A stretch of DNA of 64,000 nucleotides from positions 24,761,233 through 24,825,232 of the forward strand of contig OZ316892.1 of the NCBI GenBank assembly GCA_973895155.1. Reading direction: 5' to 3'. Source of the stretch: Marsupella aquatica. Its lineage: Eukaryota > Plantae > Marchantiophyta. The translations under genes and the position numbers were made by a program. Positions 24,401 to 38,544 of this stretch are shown here, one piece after another. A model generated the notes under the pieces. It worked only from the letters and a program-made list of their open reading frames with translations. It searched no databases and was not told where the DNA came from. Position 1 is the first letter of the stretch. Every line of letters begins with the position of its first letter.

Positions 24401-25659
24401 CTCTGGTCAGATCCAAACAGGCCATATCCGCTCTGGTCCAGCTAGTCGCGGTTTCATTCGAACAGGTCCGAACTACGATGGTTTCTGTAGGCTCCAGACC
24501 GGATCTACCCGGTCTGTTTGGGTACACTCCGTCTAGGTCCGCTTTGAGGGAAACTCTAAACAGGACAAGTCTGTTCTGGTTGATGCCCGTCCCCTGGGTT
24601 CGAGCCAGCCTGGGGGAATCATGATGAGTACCACAGTCCTGCTAAGTGCTGAGAGATGATGATTATTGCACGGGAGAGAGGGCGTGGTAGTGTAACTTAC
24701 TGAGTGAGTACACTACGAACCGGTACTGTAGTCGGCCGCAGTACCGGTACCTGTGGTTCTGTTGTTATTGTTGCCGTAGTGCATCAATAGAAACGCCCAT
24801 AGAATAATGAAATATATTTTGGGCTCAATTGTAGGTTTACCCTACGCAAGGAGTTAGGCCCCATGCTAAGTCCGGAACAACTCTCTAAATTACATTATTG
24901 TATTTTCACATGGACTAAAGTATCTAGGTGAATTGTCCAATGCGGAATATATTACTCCACTTGGAATACAGCGCATTTGACAATTCAATCCGTACGAAAC
25001 GTACAGCAGATTAATTCCACTGTAATTTCACACCTCGCAACACTCCATTAGCCATAATTTAATTGTTATCTTTAAATCTAGAGGGATATAATGATTTAAT
25101 CTAATGTAAGAAAATTAGATGATAAATGTTTTTAGCATCTTCTTCTCCAAGTGACATTCACCACATTGGCAAAAGTATATATGAAACTGAAAAATTAAAA
25201 AATGTGCCAATCTGGAGACTTGATTTCAAAGGCAAAAGACCTACTGTAGTCAAAGGAGCGCAACCAAAGAGCCAAAAAACCAGAGCAACCAAGCTAGGAG
25301 AGCACAACAAAAAAACAACCAGGAACAAAAGACCTGTGAACCCTCTCTATCAGTGAAAGTAAGCAAACCTTGCAAAAATAGAAAAATACCTTAAAAATTA
25401 AACTGCCACTGCTCATCAAGTTTGGGAAAGCAAAAGAGTGAAATTTTTCATTTCTTGAAAACAATTTGCATTTATTTTAGTAACTTGGATCCACAAGGTT
25501 TATCCACAAGGTTTTCCATTGGTGCCAGTGGGTTTAAAACAATTACCTAATTTTTTTCTTGAGAACATTGTATATTTATTTTAGTAACTTTTAGTCATAT
25601 AAAAGCTGGAAGTGTCCAATACTTCTCCCTTTTCATTTTCCTTTCATTATTTTTCTCTC

Positions 25660-25792
25660 CAATTCCATATCGTTCCACAAATTCAGGAAAGGAGTGAACA
25701 GAGTCCAATAATTTCCTTTTTTTTTCTCTCCAGTTCCATAGTGCTCCACAAATTCTTCCATAGTGCTCCACAAATTCAGGAAAGGAGTGAAA
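25660..25792. repeat. Nested short direct repeats
   Basis: CCACAAATTCAGGAAAGGAGTGAA x2 and TTCCATAGTGCTCCACAAATTC x2. Confidence 0.8.
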
Positions 25793-26827
25793 CATGACGC
25801 AACTAGGTTTTTCCTACTGGTGGTTTATGGCTAGTGATGGTTTAAGCTGATGCAACCTGACTGCGTGGTCTTCACGGCGCACTGCGGTAGCAGAGCGGAG
25901 ACAAGTCGTAAGGTACGTTATCGCAGTCGCAGTTTAGCAGTGGTGGGGAAGGAGCCAGCCGAGCAGCCGAGCGCCGATCGATCCAAGAGCAAGGTCGGGA
26001 GTGGGGAGTCGGTACTTGAGGATGGAGGAAGTGAGGAACGATGAATTCTGGAGTCGATGAGGCGTTTTCACGAGAGATCTGATGATATTATTCGGACCTA
26101 CCGACCTTCGGACGGAGCGGCCATTGGGACGCGGTGTTTTCGAATCGGATGTTTTGGAGTGAGTGGTGAGTTGTGGGGGAGTGGAACGCGGCATCGAAAA
26201 GGTGAGCTCGTATGGAGGGGCAGCATCAGCAGCAGGAGACGATCAGAAGTAGCAGAGCTGAAGTAGGAGGAGCAGAGAATTCACGGGATCGTCTTGGAGC
26301 TCGACGACCGACGAGAGGAATAGGAGGAGTAGGAGGAGTAGGAGGAGCAGGAGGAGGGAGAACGACGCCGGTGCGCGAGGAGTAGTGTGTGTCTGGCATG
26401 TGACGAAGAGCGAGAATGACGAGCGACGAGCTTCGTTGAGAAAGATAGCGAGGGGAGAGACAGAGGGGAGAGGCAGGCGACGGAGATAGAGAGGCGGATT
26501 TGGATCTTTCCTTAGCGGGAGGGGTGATCTGATCAGAACGAAGTGCTTGTTGGGGATGAAGGGGCGTGTGGACAGGGACGACAAGATTTGATGGCGCAAT
26601 GGAGATGGAAAAGGCGGTTCTATTGACGAGGTGTAGCGGAGGGAGGAAGGATCGAGCGCAGGGAGGCAATTCGGATCAGGACATTGGTAGCGAAGGCAGT
26701 TCTTCTCAAGATAGTTTTTACTGAGGAGTTAGCATCGTGTTTACTACGGGGCGGCAGGGAAAGTGGTTTTTGGACGAGAGATAGGAGGAGGAGGAGCAAA
26801 AGTGAGTTTGCCAGACAGCAAGCCAGG

Positions 26828-29800
26828 ATGGGATTCCTTGCAGGGTTGGTGTTCGGGTTCGGTATTGGAATCGGCCTGGTAGGGGCTCTGGTCTTCATGA
26901 TGGGAAGGAGGAGCGTCCAGCGCGTTAGGAAGGTCTTTATCTTGCACCTGCTCTTCCTGTTTGTTGTTGTCGAGTGTGGGAACGGATGAAGGTAAGCGTC
27001 GTAGGCTTGCTCGAAATGAGCATTTTTCGAAATGCACTGCGACGCTGAACGGAGCAGTTCCCGAGGCTCGGATATGGTGCATTCCTTTTTGTCCAGCTTC
27101 TCCCTCTCCACCACCGCTGGCTTGTCTTGGAGTATTACTTTTAAGATAATTTCTAATCAAGGAAGGAGAGACTGTCTAACTTCAATTGTCCGCTTCGATT
27201 CACTCCTTTAGCAGTGAAGCGGTTTCAATAATTGATTTGTTCAGCCAATTAGGCAGCTTCTTTCCCAGCGTGCTGTGTCAATTGTCGCGGAAGTGATTGC
27301 CTTGAGTGTCCCTTCTTCGGCCTTTGGCCTCAGAGATGACAGGCATCGGTCACTATGGAAAGATCAAGGAAGGTTTGAACTTTAGGAAGGAAGCGATCTT
27401 CTTCTTGCCCTCCTCACGAAGAGACCAGACTTTGGAGCCCGTCACTCCCTGTTAATTGTGAATCGTTCCTGAGTACCTGAGTACTCCGCCCATTCTATGC
27501 CGCACCCTGGCAAGTTACGGTACTAGCAAAGATCACTACGCGTGGCTCTCCGCACGCTTCTGGAGTACTCTCTCACCGTTTATTTTCTTATGTGAATCAC
27601 TCTTCTGCAGGAGCTGAGTCTTTTGTCGATGGCTGATCTTGCTATAAGTCAAAATAAGCGGCTTCGTGTTTCACACTAACATTCTCCGAATTCCACGCCG
27701 TAGTAGTGTAAGACACTGATTAATAGTCATAGCAACGAGGATTTTACGATACTTGAATCTTTTCTCGGATGTTTACGTCTGAGCCGTCGATCTGGAATAT
27801 CAGATTACTGCATTCAATTTGGTCTGCCAATTCACGCAACCGCGCATCAGTGCGGCATTGTGGATCCTCTTTCAAATCTTGGTGTCCCCTCGATGTCACC
27901 GACTGTGAATAGTTTGATAGAAGCTCATTGACTAGAGTCACACTTGGTGGCTGTCCACATGGATTAAATTTTGCCCTTGCTGATGATACAGAAGCTTGTT
28001 TTGTTCGGGACTGCCGACGGTTAGGACGTTTGTAATCAGGAATTGTACGATCTCTCGAGGCAATTGATCTGAGTTGATTACTGACATGTCGACAGTTGTG
28101 ATTTGACAGGCCGCTGACATAAAGCTGTTAGGAGCACTCACCCAAGATGACATCAAGAAGCTTTGCGCTGGCGATCCGCCGTTATGGATATCGTTTCCAC
28201 AATTTGAAAGGGTAAACTGCGAACGGACTTATAACGTAGATGCCTTAATACGACAATTACAAGATTTCAACATTTTCCCTCGTCAACCGGATTTTTGTTG
28301 TTTGAGGCAAAATGCTCATCCGCACGTCAATTCTTTTGCCTGATTTATACTCGTTCTGATTGTCAGGTCCGATGGTTGAACAAGCAGCTAGAGAAAATCT
28401 GGCCTTCCGTAGCTGAGGTAAGTGGTCTTCCCGTTTAATCCGGTCGAATATTCTTGATTTTGCAAATGAAAACTTGGGCTTGCCTCTTTAGATGTGTTCA
28501 GCACCGATAATTAAAAAAATGTAGAAACCAACAGGCAGACACCGGTTCAATGTCTAAATTTTTTTCAAGGCTGGAAGAAGTCAATATCTGAAGAGTTGCC
28601 TTCACTCTTTGCTCTCCATATGCTTCTGTTTCATCCCGAGGGAAAACTCTTTTAGGTGTGAAAACGCGTCTATGGTCCATACCAACTTTGGTTGCTTACG
28701 GCATAATTGAGTAGATTGTTTGGAATTGTAAAAGTGCAAGATCATTGATGGAAGTTTGCTGGGCAAATTCCGAGCTGACCAGGATCTGTAAGACAGCAAA
28801 GGACAAGATTGAGTGAATTCTGAACTCAAATTTGTCATGAATATAGGCAGCACGTGTTGTGATCAAGGAATCAGTTGAGCCTATTTTGGAACAATATAAG
28901 CCGCCTGGAATTGCAGCATTGAAGTTCAACAAGCTCTTTTTAGGCAACGTGGCACCCAAGATTGACGGTGTGCAGATCTCTATCTCTGTGTGTTTAAATG
29001 TACATGGTTCCTCTCAGATTAGTGACCATTCAACGGAAATTGTAATACTGGGGGATGCCCTTGTTATTTATGTTCATGGGAGGAGACCGTGTGTGAATCG
29101 TAGTTGTGTTCTTGATCAGCGGGGAGTTGAACTTCTGCCTAAACTGTTCTTTTCTGTTAGTATTATGTTCTTAAGCAAGGGCTACCCAAAAATGGTTCAA
29201 CAGTTTGGGAATTTCTTTGAGGCCTAAAGTTGGCAAGACCTTTGGAGATAGTTCACGAGAGGAAAGCAATGCGCAAGGCTCTAGTTGTAATGCTTGTGCG
29301 CAACTGTGTGCAGATTTTTGTGGCTCTAACATCGATAGCTAATGGGTCAATGTTCTTATTTGCAGGTATTAGGATGCAGACATTGAAACAAGGACAAGTC
29401 ACCATGGACTTAGACTTCAAGTGGGGAGGTGATCCCAGTATTGTCCTAGGTGTACACACACTTATTGGAGCTGTGTTACCAGTGCAGGTGCCTGCGCTTT
29501 AGTCAACCCCATGCCCTGTCTCTTTGTATCATGTTAGTAGTGGTGAAGCAGTTTACATGAATTCCTTCATGAATACTAACCCGATGGATACTCGTGAGCT
29601 CCGCTGTGAGGCAGTTCCAACGATGGTGGTAATATCTGAGCACTGATTTATGATTTGGCTACTCAGTAGTTTCTTTGGGGGCCCTCAGAATTGATATGCA
29701 TTGCTATGGACTTCAAGTGCGAGTTAAATAGTCGCTTAGGATTTCAGAATTAATGACCTTTGCTTTCACAGTTGTGGGTTTCCATTGACGTCGTTCGTTT

Positions 29801-32092
29801 TTACGGTTCCTTTTTGCAGTTTGCCTGTTCCGGTTTGCATCGGTCCTCTCTTGTTATTTTAAAAATTTCTATGCAGGGCATCGGGTGTCTGAGAACTCTT
29901 TAAGCCACGTGCCTAATATTTTTGATACTAGTATAATTTTGACAAATTTCAGTTCTTTGCAGCTAAAGAACTTCAGTTTCTTCGCAACCGTTCGAGTCAT
30001 CTTTCAGCTATGTGAGGAAATGCCTTGCATTTCAGCTGTTGTTGTCGCCCTTCTAGCGAAGGTCAGTATCAGGAAATAAAATTTTGCTAACTTCCAACCC
30101 AGTTCTTGTTGTCCAATGCGGGCACTTTCGAGGCACGGAGGAGTTTAGATCGTTTATTGTTTCCCATCGAGTGTGATTTGACAGGGCAGATGAGGAGTTG
30201 GCCTTGCGCTTTGCACTTGATCAATAAATGTATGCACCTTACTCCATTCTTATCCTCTGCAGCCCAAGCCTGAAATCAAGTATACATTCAAAGTGATAGG
30301 AGGCAGCTTGACAGCGGTCCCAGGGTTGTCAGACATGATAAGAGTACGATGGTTCCTCACTCAAGCATGATGATTCAATCAATTTTGCAGAATTTGCATG
30401 CAAGTAGGAGGGAATTGAGTTGGAGTTGTATAATAATTTCATGGAATAATTTGTTACCTCGTACAAGATCTCGTCCTCTATAGCCTCACCATTGGACACT
30501 TAAACCTGTGATTGTTGCAAATATTTGCACCTCTGATGTGGGTGCATCCGTCTGCAGGATTTAGTGGAAAACATCATCACAGACCAGCTTCAGTGGCCAC
30601 ATCGAATTGTTGTTCCAATCTCTCCAAATCCTGGCGATCTCAGGTATCTTTCCCAGTTTCTGGTAATGGCTAATTGTCCACGGAGTGCACTTGTCGTGAA
30701 TTTGTGTATGTGATTTGTTTGTTTGTTAGTCTGGATGTTTGTCCTACTCTTGTTTTGATCTCCGAAACAGGAATATGTATCGGCGCAATAAACTAACTCT
30801 TTCAAATCATATCTTCTGGTTTGCGACAGTCATTTGGATTTGAAACTTCAAGGCCAAGTGAAGGTGACTGTCATAAAGGCTGACAAGCTGAAAAACATGG
30901 AAATGGTGGGCAAGTCAGATCCTTATGTCGTTCTTCACATCCGGCCACTAATCAAGCTCAAAACCAAAGTGGTAGATAATAATCTCAACCCCGAGTGGAA
31001 CGAAACTTTCACACTGGATGTTGAGGATCAAGAGACTCAGGCCATACATTTCAAGGTTTGATTCCCCTTTGCTCCTCAGTGAAACTGGTGTGTTATGACT
31101 TCCGTTGTCTCTTACAGGCAAGGTGGTGCACAACTAGATTTGTGTGGACTGTAGGGTTTAAGCTTGATTTCTTCACTTTGTATGTAACTGAAGTTCCTAG
31201 CCCATTGCATCTGTAAGAACAAGTCAGAAACTTGATGTATCTTGCAGGTACTGGACGAAGATGTTGGCCAGGACAAGGTCCTTGGCTTGGTATCGTATCC
31301 TCTCTCAAAATTGGATCCAGGCAAGCCGACAAAGCTTCAGCTTCCCTTACTTCCATCTCTCGACACGGACCGTGTCAAGGACAAGAAGGATCGTGGCTCG
31401 TTGATTGTGGAAGTAATACTCTTAACTGGTCGAACTTTCGAATTTTCTGCTAGCTTCATGCTATTCAATATGCAGTTGTAGAGTTTAGTACTCGTGAGCA
31501 TTGAAAGTGGTGGGGTTTTGAGATCAAGCAGGTAACTGCACTGAAGGATTGAGAAGCGGCACTTGTGACCTCGTTTATTTTCTTGAAGTTAATCTTGACA
31601 AGCGACTGAGCTTGAGTATGAAGAGTTTTCATATGAAGTGTCGGGGAGAGAAGGATTTCCATTCTCAAGAGTAAAATGCTCTATGGAGGATACAGTTCTA
31701 TAAATATCCGGAGTTCTAAAATATTGTTCGATGACCGGGGTATTTGTGGACATATCTTGGTGCTTTCGGAGTAAGGGGGAACTAACTCAGTTTACTTTGT
31801 TCTGTTTTGGTAGCTCGAGTATCACGTGTTCACCAAAGAAGAATCTGATGTAGCCATGGAACTCGAAAAGAATCTCCTAGCAGAGAAACAGAAGCTGAAG
31901 GACCAAGGTGTGCTTAACAGTACAGCAGATGCGCTTGGAGGAGCGGTTGGCGGTGCTGGCAAGCTTGCTGTTGGAGTGGTAGGGGGTGTCTCAGGTGGCA
32001 TCCTGAAGAGTGGAAAGGCGATCACTAGAGGACTGACAAGGAAGAGTAGTAGAACGGATGTAAAGAGCACGAATGGTACGGTAGTAAAGTAG
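26828..32092 (+). CDS. CLB1: Synaptotagmin-like calcium-dependent lipid-binding protein (TM + SMP + C2), CLB1/SYT7 (NTMC2T4) type, 11 exons, ~478 aa
   Basis: Exons 26828-26932, 28110-28211, 28367-28417, 28847-28967, 29366-29487, 29963-30061, 30263-30343, 30558-30643, 30830-31055, 31248-31412, 31814-32092, all phase-consistent. N-terminal TM MGFLAGLVFGFGIGIGLV; SMP motifs WISFPQFERVRWLNKQLEKIWP and DFKWGGDPSIVL; C2 motifs GKSDPYV and NLNPEWNETF; Gly-rich tail. Confidence 0.92.
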
Positions 32093-34320
32093 CTGCAGAC
32101 TGGGTTCATTGCAGATACACCTTTTCTTACACCTTCTGGCCATTGACTCCCCATTTTTCGCTGTTATTCTCAGTTGGCTGGCTTTCATGTGTTTCGAGTG
32201 TAGCGAGCTTTTATAAGATGTGATCTTGACGGCATGGCTACACCTGTAGTGCGGTTTACCTTCACAAAGTACAAGGAATGACTTCTTCAAGGCTCTGCAG
32301 TGAAGGATCATTCCTCGAGCCGAGTTGCAGGAGAGGTTGGAGCTTAAACTGTTATGCATTCTTGCATAGGCAAACTCCTGTTAGCGTAACACTGATTATT
32401 AAGTGAGTACATTCTATAGGTTGTAGGAAACTGTAGATAGGTCCTGTATTGAGCTTCGATCCTCATGATTGTGAAGGGCTAGTCCCCCTCAAGAAATGTA
32501 TTTCATTAGTGGCCTACACAATATATGAAGCCCTGTATCTTGGAGTGGAAACCGGTGGGAAGGATGACGCTTTCAAGCAATCATTTACTAACGGGGATTG
32601 ATTTAATTTGAATGGCCTTTCGAAGTCCGCAATAAACTGTTCCCCCATGTCAGTTGGCCTGAAACGCATGGAAGAGTCATATTGTCAATGAGTTGTGAAG
32701 TTCACATTTCTTTACTTCATCGTCTGTCGAACTGTTCAGCAGCCTAGAGCTGTTATTGTTGTAATGCGTGACTCGACCAGCTCCAACGTGATTCAAACAA
32801 GTCAGTTTAGTCCTATAGTTGATTGCACTAATTGTTCAATTTTCAAAGTTGCTGCTACACGATTGCCCGGTTGGTCTATTGCAATTAAAGCCAAATTTCT
32901 GGAAAAATGGTTGAAAACTTGAAGCACAATAGAAAACCAAACAGCTTATACAGCAGCCTTTGATGTATGTCAAAATTGTAAATTCCAACATATATGTGAT
33001 GCTTGCCTTAGTTCTCCTTTTAGTGCCGATTTCTTGTGTCGATCACAGAAGAAGACATTGTCGGAGGACATTCCCAAGTGAAAAGGCTGGAGAGACCCTC
33101 AAGTTTAGGACTATTTCACAGGAAGTTTAGCTCATGATTTTCTCAAAGACAAAACAGAGTGCTTATAAGAGATTTAAGCTTAGATGGGACCAATCAGTTT
33201 TGTTGTGGATCTCCGAATTTTGGTAGTTTGTATGCTGGGAACACTTTGACCAGGAGCTGAAAGCAACTGCCAACTCATTAGAACCTTGGCGAGAGCTGAT
33301 ACTGTTGGTCCACACATTGTTAGAGACAGGTGCTTCAAATCTACAGTTGCAAGTCAGGAGCATAGATTGCTAAGGAGGTCGCTCTTCCAAATGACTTGGA
33401 AACGTAAAGCTGTTAGTTACAGAGCACATTTCCAAGGAGTCCTCTACAGAGCGAATTGGTAGTTTGAAATACGACTCAGCTGATGGCTGTGCACAAGAAT
33501 GGAGTTGTTCCCTTATCCCTAGAATTTTTGGAAATAGAGACAGATGAACCCAGTATGAATTATGAATGGGGTTCTTTTTCTTTCATCCCTGCTTGAATCC
33601 CTCACTTACAGTATGGCAACCTTAGATGAGTTCAGGATCAATCAGTCTGCATTGGCTACACATGTTTGCGATTCACTCAGCCGACTTATCACTCGAAAGT
33701 CAACGTGAGAGTTTGCTCACTCACATGCTGCACCTGCCCACTCACATGCAGCATGAGCTGCCTGTGTGCGCGTCCGGTGAGGCAATCCTATGGATTGAAG
33801 CTCGGGCCCACCGAACTCCATGTAAATCAAATTTTGAAAGTTTGAATGGAGAGGGATGAAAGCAAATCATCGAGTTACATCCAACTTTATTAATTCGAAA
33901 AGTGGAGCGGTGAAATTGTGTAGTCAAGGGCAATGAATTGAAATCTGGGCAGGAAGGAATCCCGTTGATTCAACGACGGCTTTTACTTCAAACGTTCATC
34001 TGGCATTGCTATCGGCTGATGTTGACAACAGAAGAAGGACCCTTCATGCCTATCTATAACCAAGATGAGGGTCTTCTTGACCGTGTGTGCGGGCCAAACT
34101 CTCGGCCACGCGTATCCAAACTCATGCATCTGATATCATTTTGGGGAACTCCTTAACAATCTCTCGAATGACGTTACCAATGTCTCTCACTGGTCACCAT
34201 ATCCGCTCAAATCTGTATGCTTTTCAGAAAAGTATATACGTAAATCGACGTGAAGTGTCCAAGGGTGCGAAAGTGTGCTAGCTGCTCTCACGAGATTAAA
34301 TCTAGTTCTGTCTTCCGAAA

Positions 34321-34543
34321 ACTTTGCTTTGAAGGGTGACATCCTCCGAAGCATGTGTTAAAGACATTGTAGGGTTACACGCTGATCTTTCACTCCTGGA
34401 TCATAAGGAAACAAATCACCTTCTTGATTGAAGTCAACTTTGCTTTGAAGAGTGACATCCTCCGAAGCATGTGTTAAAGACATTGTAGGGTTACACGCTG
34501 ATCTTTCACTCCTGGATCATAAGGAAACAAATCACCTTCTTGA
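34321..34543. repeat. Tandem duplication, 2 x ~107 bp (116-bp period)
   Basis: ACTTTGCTTTGAAG.GTGACATCCTCCGAAGC...AATCACCTTCTTGA at 34321 and 34437. Confidence 0.95.
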
Positions 34544-35134
34544 GCTTGAAGTCGGTCCTAATGCAGCCAATCAAAACGAGTGTTGCACTGTAGTCACGAC
34601 TGCCAAATCGACTCATCGAATAGAACTTTGCTTTGCGCCATGAACCTGTTATCATTCAGCAATTGAAGAAATCATTCGCTTGATCTGAGACCATATGAGC
34701 TAAAATCTACTCAGCCTGAACATTTCCTTCAACTGGAATTCACTCGTAACAAAAGAATCTCAGCAACGAACTGGGTTTCCTGCTGCAATCAACTCCATCA
34801 CAGCATGGCAATCCAATACGGTACGCACTGCAATACTTCTCATTCAACATGCAACCCCACCTTTACGCTCATGCACAGCATTCTACCCTGTATGTCCGTC
34901 ACAGCTGATGAGTAAATTACCCCGGCAGCCGCGTCGCTTCGTGGAAAGAAGAACGACCCATCTGAGAATGAGAGCAGATCCACTTTCATCGCGTTTCTTT
35001 ATCCCAAGTCCCAAATCCAGACCGCCAGACAGGATACTAAAAGTCTCCCACGTCCATGGAACTAGTGTGCAATCAGCTAGGTACAGTCCTACAGTACAGT
35101 GAGTCTTATTAGTGACACACTGCTGCTCAATGCC

Positions 35135-35510
35135 CTGTCCCTACTCACACATCAAAATGTGTCCCTACTACTCACACATCAAAATGTGGTAATATATTGT
35201 TTCACACATCAAAATGTGATAATATATTGTTTCACACATCAAAATGTGTCCTTACTACTCACACATCAAAATGTGATAATATATTGTTTGCACTCATTGA
35301 CTTAAATAAAGAGATTTATCATGGTGTGAAGGGATGTCTATTATCATAACACAAACCAAGACACATCAAGTTGTTTATAAGGGTCACAATTATATTGTCT
35401 TGGTTTCTGTTCGCAAACTGTAATGTCATATTAGGCCTACTCTATTATCATTACACAAACCAAGACACATCAAGCTATTTATAAGGGTCGCAATTATTTT
35501 GTCTTCCTTT
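35135..35510. repeat. AT-rich repeat cluster (CACACATCAAAATGTG x5; ACACAAACCAAGACACATCAAG x2)
   Basis: Directly visible. It produces the LLTHQNV pseudo-ORF. Confidence 0.85.
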
Positions 35511-36046
35511 AATTTTTTAATTTTTTTTCACAATTATTTTGTCTTGGTTTATATTTGCAGGTTTTAGATATTTTGGTTTGTGCTCTGGCTGTTGGTTTGT
35601 GTTTGCGGATTGCAAATATTTGGTTTGGTTTGAGTTTTGGCTATTGGTTAGTGTGTTTGCAGTTTGTGAATATGTTGGTTGGTTTTGTGTGAAACACAAC
35701 CCAATAGCCCATCCCGAAAATTAGATTTAACAAGACATTTACCTGATGGACCCCATGAGTGATCCAGACAGTACCCAAAAGCTCATGGGGTTGGCTGGGA
35801 AAAAACTTTGGTTTGGGGGGCTATCAAGTAAATGTGTCAGTTTAACAGTGAGTTGGGGTCGATCAAGTAAATGTGTCAATTTAACAGTGAGTAGCTCTCA
35901 AGGAATCTCTAAGTGATGTTACAGGCTGGGCATGACTTCAATTAATTTGTACACAAAATGAACACTAAAATTTGCACTGTCCTCACACATCTCTCAGGGT
36001 ATGGGTGCACCTAAGGTATGATAGGATGATATTATGCAAATTTCCA

Positions 36047-36110
36047 AAATGAATTTCCAAAATTAAATTTCCAAAATTAAATTTCCAAAATTAAATTTCC
36101 AAAATTAAAT
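36047..36110. repeat. 14-bp tandem repeat AAATTTCCAAAATT x ~4.5
   Basis: Directly visible. Confidence 0.9.
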
Positions 36111-36447
36111 CTTGTTTACATTCCAAACAACAATTCCCATATAGCTGGCCCCTTCTAAGACCATGCTATTTTAACTTATTGATAGTAAATTCAATTTAGA
36201 GTACTAATAAGTTTAACTAGTTTATGAAATAAAAGCTATCCATCTTATTAAGAGGAGAAGCAAACATTCGCCACACCGGCTACAAGTAAAAACCCTTAAA
36301 AAATACAATGTCCCTAACCCCCCACCACAAACTCTGGGCCCGATTAAAAGTCACCACCTATTATTTAAACTTTGAGACAACTGTAGAACAGCCACCGACC
36401 TCTTTCATATACAACGGTACAAATAACTACTGTAGACTAGATAACTA

Positions 36448-37941
36448 CTAGATAAGAGCCCGTGGAGCTGCCCGGGCCCGCGGAGAATCCCATGTCAGTG
36501 TAAAGCGGAAAAATTAATGACTCAGTCTGAACAGTAGGATTGCTTTATCGGTGCAGATGAACGACGCAGATCCTGTAGATCCACATACAGCACTGGAAAA
36601 TTATATCCCCGGGGTCGTGTAAATGGTCAGACCGAGGCATAAATATGATCGGGCCTGCTTCATTCTCCCTCTAGTCGCCGCGAGGGCACAGCGATCGGGA
36701 GGTGCGGGTCCCATGGATGCCCATTCATGCGTGCGTGGGTGCCTGACTCCCTGCTCCCTGCCGCGCTCGGAGCGGAAACCATGAAGTCCTAAATGAAGGC
36801 CGGGTCAGGCAGCCTGCCACCCAACTCAGCGCCTCTACACTATGCAAAAAGCAGGGCATCGTCAATTCACAGTAACTTTTATTTTATTTTATTTTATTCT
36901 TTTCTATGTATATTACTGTATCTGAAAACTCAAATTTTGATGGACATTTGATGGACCTTTTTTTTTTAATTTTTTAATTTTTTTAAGTTAGTATTTCAAA
37001 ATTTGATGGACCTAAGCTAGTGGTGCAAATTAGGATAAACCTTAAGTTAGTAAGTAAGGTTGCATACAGAAAAAAGTAATAGGCTACCAAAATCATGAAC
37101 CATAAAATTGGTCATATGCCAAGACCATAAGGCACCCCAGAGGCTAGAGATAATATTAAAAAGGAGTTACATAACCCTATGAAAAAAATCTATGACAATT
37201 TGTTATGGCCAAAAGTCATCATTTGTAACTGTGAAGTTTTGAGACTCCCTGTTATAATTCATGCATCTACTGTTTAACACCTATTTGTGTTTTAGGGTGT
37301 TTAGTCAAATTTCTCTGCCCGCCTTATTCTACCCACCTTTTCTATGTGATTTAATCACAGTACTTTTTTTATGTGATTAGGTGATTTAATCCCAGTGCTT
37401 TCTTATGTTATAATCCTAGTTTGGATATATAGCACTTTCTTCCATTTATTGTTCAGTAGGGCTTTAGTTCGTTTCATTGTTGGCAACTCTTGAGTTTTTG
37501 GCTCTTGGTTGTCTTGGGCTTGTCCCTTGTTGCCCCCCTTCTACTGGGTCTTGTGCCCTTGTGATCTTTTCTCCCAGTATGACTTTTTGTTCTTTGGCAG
37601 TGTTGGATGTAATTATATGACCTGCTTGTGTTACCATTGATGACCTGTTTACCTTATAATTTATGATTAAAATATATTGTTCCTGAACTTTTCATAGAGT
37701 AAACCCTGCCATAGGTCATAATTTCTCTCAAAAATAAAATAAAATGATCATGCTTGTGAATAAGAGTCTGCAAAAGAATTGGGCACATGAGTCTGGGAGC
37801 CCATGCTATGTATACCAGTATGACTAATCTATACTATGATTCACTATCACAGTTTCATTCATAATTAACTCTGAGAATGAAGCATTAGGCCATAATTTAT
37901 TTGATTGTAGAGTTTTATAATATTAGAACTCTACGTATAGA
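36448..37941 (-). mobile_element. Candidate non-autonomous Helitron
   Basis: Minus-strand 3' end: hairpin GCCCGGGCAGCTCCACGGGC, then 6 nt, then CTAG|T. Putative 5' end A|TCTATACG...TCTAATATTATAAAA at 37941. The 3' end is good; the 5' end is tentative. Confidence 0.55.
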
Positions 37942-38544
37942 TTAGGAAGGGCATGAAGAATCTGGGTATATAGAGCCGATCCCCACAGATGGTGCAAAAG
38001 GAACCTCAGGCAAAGCAAACTCCAATGGAGCCAATAAAGAAATCACTGAACATTAGGAGGAAGGACAGGAATTTCGAAATGGCTCATAATGTTTCAGAAA
38101 CAAATTCGCCTTTGCTCGCATGAAAGACCGTATCATATCCAAGCATGGGCATAGTAAATACCTAAGGATATAGACCTTCATGATTTTTGGTTTTCATAGA
38201 TCACAGCACGTGATTCGCCCTTCCTCCATATTAAGTCAACACAACTGTAGCTAGAGGAGGACCAGTGTTTTTTAAAGTGGCAAAACCTAATTGGATTCCA
38301 CCTCTCTGAAAATTATTGGCCGCATTTGGCCAGGGGTTTTTAGGTTTCTTTTGTCTTCCATGAGCCATCCCACCTACTGTAGCTCCAGACCCATTAACTG
38401 GAATCTAACAATTATCTTAAAAACTAGGGTCTTGTGATGATCAAAATTAATCCTAGTGTTAGATAAATGATATACTATTGATGAGACCCCTAGCAGAACT
38501 TTTATAGATAATGTAACCCTTGGTAGAACACCCTGGAATGCTCC

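Noticed and set aside
33000-35000. Possible gene between CLB1 and the repeat cluster
   Set aside because: Only short ORFs with no recognisable motif or consistent exon chain.
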